From Octopus vulgaris (Eukaryota): a stretch of DNA of 64,000 nucleotides. Below the pieces are notes generated by a model, which worked only from the letters and a program-made list of their open reading frames with translations, was not told where the DNA came from and made no database searches. Each line of letters starts with the position of its first letter. Within the stretch, counting starts at the first letter, position 1. Below are positions 52,917 through 64,000 of this stretch, piece by piece. The DNA lies in the NCBI GenBank assembly GCA_951406725.2, contig OX597814.1:10168001-10232000 (forward strand), given 5' to 3'. Both the position numbers and the translations under genes were made by a program.

Positions 52917-53210
52917 CATATATACACATACATACGCAATCAGACTTGATTTTATGTATAAGAAGTTGGCACAAAGGCGACTATCCATATAGACATATAG
53001 AATCAAACACAATTTGATTCAAAGCATTCTTACACAACGACATACATGTTATACGTAGATACATACATATGCACACACGTGAATGCAACCATACATACAT
53101 TCTGATATACTGGCATATGCATACTATGGATGCATATACACACATACATACATATACATACATACACATACATACGTACATACATACATAAACTCATACA
53201 CACACACTCA

Positions 53211-53242
<32 letters not shown>

Positions 53243-53265
53243 CATACACATACATACATACATAT

Positions 53266-53296
<31 letters not shown>

Positions 53297-53893
53297 CATA
53301 CATACATACATACACACATACACACATACATACATACATACATGCATACATATATATATACGCTGATACATATATACGTACATACATACACATATATTTA
53401 TATATACAAGCGTATACAACATGAATGTATCACATACACCAATGCCTTCATAGACACACACACATACACACACATATATATATATACATGCATGTAGATA
53501 CTTACATACATACATCATACATACATCATACACACGTATACATACATATACGTCCACAAATATATTATCCAATGTATTAATGGATGTAACGTGACAAAGA
53601 AAATACGAAACAGCACTTTCCAGGACGCTTGGTGCTCTCACGCGCAACCCCCCCTCTCTCTCTCTCCTTCCCAGTTTCCTTCTTTCTTTCTTTTGTTTTC
53701 TCTCTTTTCCCTTCTGCTTATTTGTTGTTACGGAGGTTCAACAGTGCGTGACACAACTGCTGCTCCTTAATCGGTAACTTTTGTTATCGTGTTTGTGTGT
53801 GTCTTCGGTGTTCCGCTGCGGACCAGTGAATTAGGGCGTCTCGTATAGACGGACGAGTGTGTTAGCGGTAGAGGAGAGAGGGAGAGAGAGAGA

Positions 53894-53940
<47 letters not shown>

Positions 53941-54827
53941 AGGGTACAAAGGTGAAAAAACGAAAGGGTGAGGCGGCAAGTTACCAAGATGGCGATGTCA
54001 AACTAATTACAGTAATACCAATACTAGAAGCGTCGCAGTCATTAGGGTCGCCGATCCTCACAATAGTTGTTCATGCTGTTGTTGTCGACTTTGTAGTCAA
54101 CGTTGTCTTCATTGTCGTATTCATCATCATTATTATGACCATCATCATCACAAACGATCGCAATCAAAGGAAAGCATTCATTGCCAACATTATCACCATT
54201 GTCACTAACATCATCATCATCATCATCGTCATCGTCATCATCATCATCATCATCGTCGTCGTCGTCGTTGTCATTGTCGTTGTTGTCATTGTCATCATCG
54301 TCAGTACCATCACCATCTTTCTTCTTCTCCTCCTCATCATCATCGCCTCCGTCGACGTCGTCGTCGACCTTCACCTTTCCTCCTCGACTTCTTCCTTCTC
54401 CCTTTAGGCATCACCACTATCATCATCATCAGCATAATCATCATCATCATTGCGATCGCGATTAGAATCAATACTACCAACACCGCCACACGCGTCACCG
54501 CTTATGGCCATCACATGATCATGATAATCATAATCATCACCACTGTAATACTTCCGTCATCGTCACCATCATCATCGCCTCCGTCGACGTCGTCGTCGAC
54601 CTTCACCTTTCCTCCTCGACTTCTTCCTTCTCCATCATCACCATCATCATCGCCATCACTATCATTACACACTACTGTCATACCACACCAGCACCACCAC
54701 CACCACCAGAACCACCACCACCACCACTTCTGCATCATTAACATCGTTATAATCATCGCACCATATATTAAGATTACAACCAAATGCTATCAACACTCTC
54801 ATTCTGACCTCAAAGTTTTAAGGAATA

Positions 54828-55160
54828 TCTTTATATATAAAAGTGAAGTTGTGTGTCTGTCTCCTAGAATTTAGATTCCTAACTACTCCCACATTTTGCG
54901 GTGCAGTGTAACCAAAAGCGGGTATCTTATAGTCGTGATTCATATCGAGCCCTTCTGGGTATTAGCGCGCGTCTACGATGAGTCTACGATTTTAAAAAAA
55001 TTTAACATAATTTTTCCGCATTTTTAATGCATTTTTGCTCGGTTTATATAAGGGCAGTAACTCTCTAAAAATGTATTATTAAATCTCAGAAAGTAAAAAG
55101 CTACAGTAACACCCCGCTTTGTTGTTAACCATATTGAGATGGCTATTATACTTTACATCT
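54828..55160 (+). mobile_element. 3'-truncated non-autonomous Helitron flanked by a 48-bp direct duplication
   Basis: A|TCTTTATATATAAAAG...GTGTCTGTCT start; shares TAACTCTCTAAAAATG with 41505-41520; 54781-54828 is identical to 55161-55208. Confidence 0.7.
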
Positions 55161-55631
55161 CAAATGCTATCAACACTCTCATTCTGACCTCAAAGTTTTA
55201 AGGAATATTAACGATAATGATGATATTAAAAAGGTTTAAATAATATTTGAATAAATATGAAGATACAAATCATCGGCTACAAATCAAAACATATTTCTAC
55301 GTTGATGTTAATGTTGTCATCGTCTTTCTTGCAGTTGATGGGTGTGGTTGGTTCGCATTATTCCGTAAGGAACATAGAACTTGGTTTCCCGGTCTCTCGG
55401 GCGTATATATGGTCCCACTTTACTCCTGGTTGGGACGCCGTATCAACTGAATTGACTGAAGCAACGCTAAATAAACGCAACACATCGCCCGATCCAGGAA
55501 TCGAAACCACAATCTTATGGTCACGCGTCTAACACCCTACCTGCTGACAAAAGTAACCTAAGAGAATATCTATCTGAACTACATAGTGGAATAAGGGTAT
55601 ATTAAATAACATTAAAATAAAAAAATAAATG

Positions 55632-55872
55632 CACCCTTTTAGAGCCTAGCCAGGCTCTTGGGCCCAGTTTCCCAGTTTCTATGGCGTATGCGTTCCCCAG
55701 CTGGACGGGACGCCAGTCCATCGCAGCGTTACTCATTTTTGCCAGCCGAGTGGACTGGAGCAACGAGAAATGAAGTGTTTTGCTCAAGAACACAACGTGT
55801 CACCCGGTCCAGGAATCGAAACCACAACCTTAAGATCATGATGCTGACACCCTAACCACTAAGCCTCCACCA
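55632..55872 (-). mobile_element. tRNA-derived SINE with a Meta/V-like central domain
   Basis: Head GGCTTAGTGGTTAGGG...GGTTTCGATTCC; core GCGATGGACTGGCGTCCCGTCCAG...CATAGAAACTGGG. A decayed relative lies at 55370-55545. Confidence 0.75.
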
Positions 55873-56324
55873 TTAAATAACATAGAAGATAAATTCTTGG
55901 TTTATTGAAATTATCTCCGATTCTATAACGGGTAGATTGATCGTTTCGTGGTAAAGAGTAGCAAATCTAAAGGAGACGAGTTGAATGAAGTATTTTCCAA
56001 AATTGACGTACCATCTAAAGACAATCGGACAAATGTGGGTATGTTTCAGCCGCAATGAGTTTCATCAGCACAACACTTGCCCTACCTTTTCTTCAGTAGA
56101 TAAGACTGTTACTAAAAGAGTAGAAAACATTTATGCTTAGGTTATTTGGTTATTTGCATAAATGGAACGAAAATGAGCTAAACTTGATAACTCAGGTTGG
56201 TCAGTGACATGTATGTATGTATGTATGTATGTATGTATGCATGTATGTATACAAACATTCATACACACACATGTATAATTATATATAATTATACACACAC
56301 ACACACACACATGTATGTATATAT

Positions 56325-56694
56325 AGGGAGAATTCACAAAAAAAACAAAAGACAAAGACGGGTGGTGTAGACAACAAACAGATGTATTTGTATAACGCTC
56401 GGGAAGTGAAAAAGTCTTTAACGTTTCGAGACTACGCTCTTCCACAGAAAGAAACAAGGAGAAAATAAAGAATTTGTAGTGGCTAGCGATCTATCATGTA
56501 TATATATATATAAAGTTAATCCAAACAAGAAAACACAAAAAAACACAACAACGCGAGGACGTGGAACAAATATATTATTATTGGACGCTCAGGAAAGAAG
56601 GAAAGAAAGAGGGTTTAACGTTTCGAGCGGAGATCTTCGTCGGAAACATAGGAGAAGGAAAGATCCAGAGAAGGGAAGACAGAGGAAAAAAATC

Positions 56695-56697
<3 letters not shown>
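56325..56697 (-). mobile_element. Adjacent Penelope-like terminal-repeat fragments (families A and B), each with a hammerhead motif
   Basis: cttt-CTGTGGA-A-GAGC(GTAG)TCTC-GAAA-CG-TT-aaag at 56416-56451 and gttt-CCGACGA-A-GATC(TCC)GCTC-GAAA-CG-TT-aaac at 56613-56647. Confidence 0.65.
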
Positions 56698-56751
<54 letters not shown>

Positions 56752-57590
56752 GCACATACATGTATACTATTTAATAAGCACAATACATATTTTTATGTGT
56801 TACTAGTAGTATATAAAGAATATGCATTGTGTCTATTAAATAACATTTGTCTCTCACCATATGGTGAACTGTTTTTGTTGATCTTACCATCACAGAACAC
56901 TACATCATTTATATATATATGTCATTATATAATCTCATAAGTGTCCCAAATTGTACCGTTTCCTAGGTTCATAATCTTATATGTGCATTCAGTTGTATGT
57001 TTTTATGTTGATTCAGTTTCAAGATGTCCTTTTAACTGTGGGAACACAATATCTGATTGCTCATCTTGTTTATGCATGATGCCAATATCAAACATCACAT
57101 AATTTTATTGATAAAGTCTTCAGTAATAGCTTATGACAAACAACCTTAATTTCTGTTATTCCCGTGCACGGATGACCGACATTATGCGGACCAGACGCCG
57201 ATGCACTGTTTTAGCTCTACTCAATAACTTAGCAAAAGGGGCTTTCTACATTTCTGTACGTAAGCCTAGTTTAATTTAAGGGGGACAACAGAGTTTTTTG
57301 TTTTGGCTTTATTTTTTTTTTTACTTGGCTTTCCGCCTTTTCCACGCTAATGAAGTGAGGAATTTATGCCAATTGATGTCACCAGAAACCCATTGTACTG
57401 AATCTGGCGTTTGATATATTAACAATTTGCTTTAATAAGGATATGCATTTCTCATCTTTGTCGATCTAATGCGTTGTCTAAATATCACCGTCATCCAAAC
57501 TGTTTTGTAAATCGAAAAGTATTTTGATCTCCATCTTCAGAGTAATGTCTGTCTATCTCTCTATCTATCTATCTGTCTATAAATCCATCC

Positions 57591-57709
<119 letters not shown>

Positions 57710-57840
57710 CATAAATCCATCCATCTATCCATCCATCTATCATTCTATCTATCTATCCATAAATCCATCCATCTATCCATCTATCTATCTATAAATCCAT
57801 CTTTTTGTGTCTCGCTTTGTATTTATAAATACATACAAGC

Positions 57841-57871
<31 letters not shown>

Positions 57872-57893
57872 TGTATGTATGTATGTATGTATG

Positions 57894-57935
<42 letters not shown>

Positions 57936-58082
57936 TATCTATAAATGAATGTATCTATGTGTATATGCATATACCTACGTAAATATAAGTGTGTGTATAC
58001 ATCTATAGGTATATATATATACATGCATATATATATATATAAATATATATTTATATATATACACACGCATAGACACACACAT

Positions 58083-58117
<35 letters not shown>

Positions 58118-59329
58118 CGTATATACATGCAAGTATCAATATATGTATCTCTGTGTATGAATATATATAAATGTATTTATGTGTTTATGAATGTCTATCA
58201 AACAGTTCCTCCATAAATCGCTGGACGGCACAGTTCACTAGAAGCGGAACAAGTAAAGTGAATCACTCTTTGGTGTTCAAAAATTGCCACACAACACAAC
58301 ACAGCGTAACACAATCGCATTAACCATATTTTTTTTTCTCTCCTTTCTTGTTCTTGTTCTTCTTCTGTCTGGTCTTATGAACTAAGTTATCATACGAGCG
58401 ATCATTTAATTAATAGGTCACGTTACTGTTGCATCAAAACGTTTTACAAAGGAAATGACGTCGATTGAATCTAATTTAGCAAAATATAGGATTCCAGGCT
58501 AGAGCTAATACTTTTCACAACAATCCACAACAGGCCGAAGACAGAAAGCAGATGGTTTATCAATTCATCCTATAATGTTTGCCTTGACGAGGGTCTCAAG
58601 GCCAAATTTTTGTTTGTAGACAAGCTCTATTGACGATTGAATCAACCTGAATTGAATAGTTTCAACCATTGTAACTACGCTTGTTTCTATTTTTCTTTTT
58701 TCGTTTCTCTTTTTTCTCGGTGCCATGAATTGGCTATGGTTCTTAGATGAAAGGAAAAGTCGACCTCCAAGGGACTTCAACTTGGAACTTAGCTGGACGA
58801 TTTACACACAAAATATAATATAATGATAATAAAAAAAAAATAATATATAAAGCATTTAGTCCGGCAATCTAATCTAGCGTTTGTACTAATACCACCACCC
58901 TATAAATCATTATATAAAAGATATAAACAATATTTGAAAAGAAATGAAAACAAGCTTAAAAAAAACCCTACCCGATAGATAGGAACATTATCACACTTCT
59001 ATCCTTTTCTAATGACATGTTCGGCTAAATTCAGTTATAGATATTGGTAAATACTTTCCTCATATTTTTTTCGCATAAAGGAACCAAAATACCATTGAAA
59101 TATATTCAAACAAAATAGCGGCAGCGCACACGCACACGCACACACAGATTCAGACGTATACTAAAATGCACACGCATATACATACGTACGTACATATAAA
59201 ACTTACATGTATACATACATACATACATACATAGATACATACATACATACATACATACATACATACACAAAGACATACCGCAAATGAATAGAGAGAAAAA
59301 CTTGACGAAGAGAAATATTGATTGGTAGT

Positions 59330-59392
<63 letters not shown>

Positions 59393-59393
59393 G

Positions 59394-59450
<57 letters not shown>

Positions 59451-59572
59451 ATATATATATATACATACATACATAAATACATATATATATACATACATAT
59501 ATATATACACACACACGCACATAGACTAGACAGACTGCTAAATATGTATCTATCTATATATATAATATATAT

Positions 59573-59621
<49 letters not shown>

Positions 59622-59751
59622 TATATATATATCATATATATATATATCATATATATGTGTGTGTGTATGTGTGTGTCTGTCAATAGATAAATAGATAGAT
59701 GATAGATAGATAGATAGATAGATAGATACATAGATAGATAGACAGACAGAC

Positions 59752-59814
<63 letters not shown>

Positions 59815-60639
59815 CAGATATAGATATCGGTCGCTTAAAACTGGAAGGAGAGATCTCTTGAGGAAGAAGATGCATACATTAGTTATAGAGGGAGCTTGAA
59901 AGAGTTTTTAGTGAGATTCCTTCTGAAAAATGAAATTTGTTTAGAATATGCGAACGCGCGCGTATGTGTACTCGTGTATGTGTCTGTGAGTATGTGTGTG
60001 GTGGAGTGTTTATACTGTTTGAAATTTTGAGAGGGAAAAGTTCGGAAGAGCAGTAGTTGTAGTAGTAGAGATGGAAGACAGGAACACAGAAGAGCCAGAG
60101 ATTTTTGCTGCCCATGTTACTGCCAGCAGCGATCTTGTCTATTTTGATCTTTAACCACAGGTCAGCCACGCATCTAGAGATCTATAAACAAAATTGTCCC
60201 CGAGGAAGGCAGTATTATCTTTTTTCCTACTTGTTTTCAGCTTTATTACCCTAATACGACCAACACGTTATTCTTTATTTTTAGTTTAAAAGATTTAACC
60301 GTTAAATAAATCCGTTAGATGCCATCTTCTTTTCTTTCTTTTATTACTCCTTTAGCTATTTCCCCTAATTTTCTTGCTGCAATTTAACTCTCACTCTATA
60401 ACTATTTCACTTTATATGAAAATTGATACCAGACTTTCATAATTTGGCAGGTTCGGTGAATATTCGTTAAATCGAGGTTCCCTTTATTGCTCTAAAAAAT
60501 TGTTTTATTGTTTGCTTTCCTCAATGATTGTGTTTTTTTTATTCGCATATGTTTAATAAGAATATTGTATGTTTTTAATAAATACGTTCAAATTTTAGAT
60601 ATATTTTAGAAAACGCCGAATAGTGAATTTTGTGTAAGG

Positions 60640-61750
60640 TCGCTAGTTCAAATTCTGCTGAGATTGACTTTGACTTTTATCCTTTCGGGGTCGACAAAAT
60701 GAGTACCAGTTGAACATTGCGGTCGATGTAATCAACTTACGCACTCTTTCAAAATCTGATTGTCTTTTACCAGCGTTGTTACTGTAAGAGAATGACGGTG
60801 AGCTGGCAGAAACGTTATCACGCCGGGCGAAATGCTTACCGGTATTTCGCCCGTCGCTACGTTCTGAGTTCAAATTCCGCCGAGGTCGACTTTGCCTTTC
60901 ATCCTTTAGGGATCGATAAATTAAGTACTAGTTACGCACTGGGGTCAATGTAATCGACTTAATCCGTTTGTCTGTCCTTGTTTGTCCCCTCTGTGTGTAG
61001 CCCCTTGTGGGTAGTAAAGAAATAGGTATTTCGTCTGCCGCTACGTTCTGAGCTCAAATTTCGCCGAGGTCGACTTTGCTTTTCATCCTTTCGAATAAAT
61101 CCGTTTGTCTGTCCTTGTTTGTCCTCTCTGTGCTTAGCCCCTTGTGGGTAGTAAAGAAATAGGTATTTCGTCTGCCGCTACGTTCTGAGTTAAAAAATCC
61201 GGCGAGGTCGACTTTGCCTTTCATCCTTTCAGGGTCGATAAATTAAGTACCAGTGAAACACTGGGGTCGACGTAATCAACTAGTCCCTACACCCAAATTT
61301 TTGGCTTTGTGCTTATAGTAGAAAGAATCATTACTGTAAGGGAAGCAGAAGGCGGCGAATTGGCTGAATCGTTTGCAAGCAGGGCAAAATGATTTGAGGC
61401 TTTTCTTCCGTCTTTACCTTCTGAGCGCAAATTCCGTCGAATTTGCCTTTCATCTTTCGTCGATGAAATAAGTAGCAGTTGAACACTTGGATCAATGTCA
61501 TCGACTTGTCCCCGCCCTCAAAGCTTCAGGCTTTGTGCTTATACCAGAAATGATTATAAGGCAGCGAACTGACAGATTGGTTAGCGCGTCGGTTAAAATG
61601 CTTAGTGGCATATCTTTCGTCTCGTTATATTCTGAGCTCAACTTCTGCGCTTTCGGGGGATCGATGAAACAACAACCAGTTGAACACTGGGTTCGATGTA
61701 ATCAACTTACATCCTCCCACAAAAATTTACTGGCCTTGAGACAAATGTAT
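60640..61750 (+). mobile_element. Cluster/tandem array of Nin/Deu-domain SINE copies (family 2)
   Basis: At least six same-orientation full or partial units containing variants of GTTCAAATTC..GAGGTCGACTTTGCCTTTCATCCTTT. Confidence 0.85.
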
Positions 61751-62153
61751 AAATATATAATCTACATTTTTATAATGTGTTGCATATATTATGGCTCACC
61801 TCATCTTTCATCTTTCGGGAATGAAAAAATATATTCTGTGAAATACGGCAAAAATTTTTCTCGTCTCTACCCGCTCACTAAATTAAAGACCCTGCATCTA
61901 TTAGAAGTCGATTGTTCACTGCACCTCTTCGGGCAATTCGATCTGCCACAAATAGAAGTAAAATCCCTCAAATCGCTCTCATCCATCTCGAAAAAGAAGA
62001 CCGTATTTTATAATATCCTGAATTACGTAAAAGATATTATGGTTACTGTTAGAACATCTTTAACTATAAGTCTATCCGATCGGAGTTGAACTGGTGATTG
62101 AAATGCGAATAAAATCCCCCACCTTTTGTCTCTTTATAATGTCTCTTTACATC

Positions 62154-62462
62154 ATGTAATGATGGTATGTCCATTTGTAAACTAGGAGTCCCGTTCATTT
62201 ACATGTAATGATGGTATGTACAATTGTAAACTAGGGGTCTCGTTCATTTACAAAATGTAATGACGGTATGTCCAATTGTAAACTAGGAGTCTCGTTCATT
62301 TACAAAATGTAATTATAGTATGTCCAATTGTAAACTAGGGATCTCGTTCATTTACAGCATGTAATGATGGTATGTACAATTGTAAACTAGGGGTCTCGTT
62401 CATTTACAAAATGTAATGACGGTATATCCAATTGTAAACTAGGGGTCTCGTTCATTTACAGC
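62154..62462. repeat. Minisatellite, 6 copies of a 49-52 bp unit
   Basis: Unit ATGTAATGAYGGTATGTMCAATTGTAAACTAGGRGTCTCGTTCATTTAC(AAA/AGC); no unique spacers. Confidence 0.95.
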
Positions 62463-62913
62463 ATGTGATTGTGCTTTTATGGTATGTAACAATGGTATGA
62501 GTATTTTTGAGCCATCACCTATTCACGATACGTAATGATGGTATGAATGTCTGTGAGCTGCGAGTCTCACCCACGCGCAAAAACCCGATACCAGTGACCA
62601 GAGATGACCGCATGATACCCTCCGCGTGTTGCTGGCACAGATATTCTTGCCAGTTCCTTGTTTGTGACACGTAGAGACATTGCTGAAATTGAAATATAAT
62701 GAATCAAGAAAGAAATGAAAGAAATCAAGTATGAGAACGAAAGAAAAAAACCGAAAGGAAGAAGCTTTGAGGACAAGAATGAAAACATGAAGATAAAGAA
62801 AGACTGAAAATACGAAGAGACAAAATTAAACTGAGAAATGAAATCGAGAAATTGCGAAGATGTAAAGAGTATAAAAAACATATGCAAACTGATTGATTGT
62901 GAAAGAGAGGATA

Positions 62914-62949
<36 letters not shown>

Positions 62950-63308
62950 AGAGAGAAAGATGGGGATAGAGAGAGATGAGGCAGGTATGTTAGATTTTAG
63001 ACAGGCGGGTTAGGTGTAGAAGGGAAAGTTAGAGGTGAACCGTTTTAAAGAGAAAATAACTGATTGAGAATGCAGAAAGGGTGACCAGATGAGAAATGAA
63101 GACAAAGTGAGCGATTGAGGGGATTAGGTCAATACACACACACACACACACACACACATACACACACATACATACATACAAACATACATACATATACATA
63201 CACACATACATACACACATACATACATACATACATACATACATACATACATACATACATACATACATACATACATACATACATACATACATACACACACA
63301 CATACACA

Positions 63309-63361
<53 letters not shown>

Positions 63362-63477
63362 ACATACACACACACACACACACACACATACATACATACG
63401 TACGTGTGTGTGGTTGTACGTGTGTGTGCTTATGTGTGTGTGTGTGTGTGTGTGTGTATTCTTGTTATGTGTGTTCG

Positions 63478-63512
<35 letters not shown>

Positions 63513-64000
63513 AAGTGAGAGAGAAGGAATGTGATATAATTGATGTTCTTGGTAAACGATGATGGTAAATGACTAAATGACAAGGGTGATGGTACTGGTT
63601 GGTGTGGTGGTGTTGGTGGTGATGGTACTGGTGGTAGTGGTGGTGGTGGTGGTGGTACTGGTGGTACTGGTGGTGGTGGTGGTGGTGGTGGTGATGGCAA
63701 TACCATTGGTGAGATGCGAGTGATTGTTTGGGGAAGGGAGCAAAGTTGAGGAGGGAATTATTGGCGAAACTGTCTACATTAAGTGACTGTTGCATTACGA
63801 AGAAAAGCTCTAACAGCATTTGGTGGCTATCAGTAAGGAATTTGAATTGTCTACAGAACTGGCAAAAGTAGCTTAGCACCATCTCATTAGCAATGGCAAT
63901 GTCATTAGCAGAAAGGCGAGGTACATAAGCGTATCAAGATGGTGTCGATCTGTTTGTTGTATGTATGTGCATGTATGTATGTATGTATGTATGTATGTAT

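Noticed and set aside
61487-62089. 200-aa ORF
   Set aside because: Runs through decayed SINE copies, starts at a non-ATG codon and has no recognisable domain.
62154-62462. CRISPR-like array
   Set aside because: Units are contiguous with no unique spacers, there are no cas genes, and the context is eukaryotic.

Overview
AT-rich, microsatellite-saturated animal DNA. The SINE families and repeat make-up suggest an octopus/cephalopod genome (inference from recall, not a search). The only host protein-coding sequence found is three + strand exons (42161-42434, 43685-43840, 47107-47183) of a Tbx20/H15/midline-type T-box gene; its 5' and 3' exons were not found here. An intact-looking, intron-containing tRNA-Leu(CAA) lies antisense about 220 bp upstream of the first of these exons and is fused directly to a LINE 3' tail. 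The remainder is transposon debris: a full-span degenerate RTE LINE and derivatives, Penelope-like RT and terminal repeats, CR1-group and R4/Dong-type LINE ends, mariner, Tc1, pogo-like, non-autonomous Helitrons and at least four tRNA-derived SINE families. Highlights: (1) a candidate pre-tRNA/LINE chimeric retrocopy; (2) a set of minimal type I hammerhead ribozyme motifs with three different pairs (C-G, U-A, G-C) at core positions 3-8; (3) a GC splice donor at the expected Tbx20 exon end; (4) a covarying structured 5' head on RTE copies. Nearly all ORFs in the supplied track are microsatellite artefacts.
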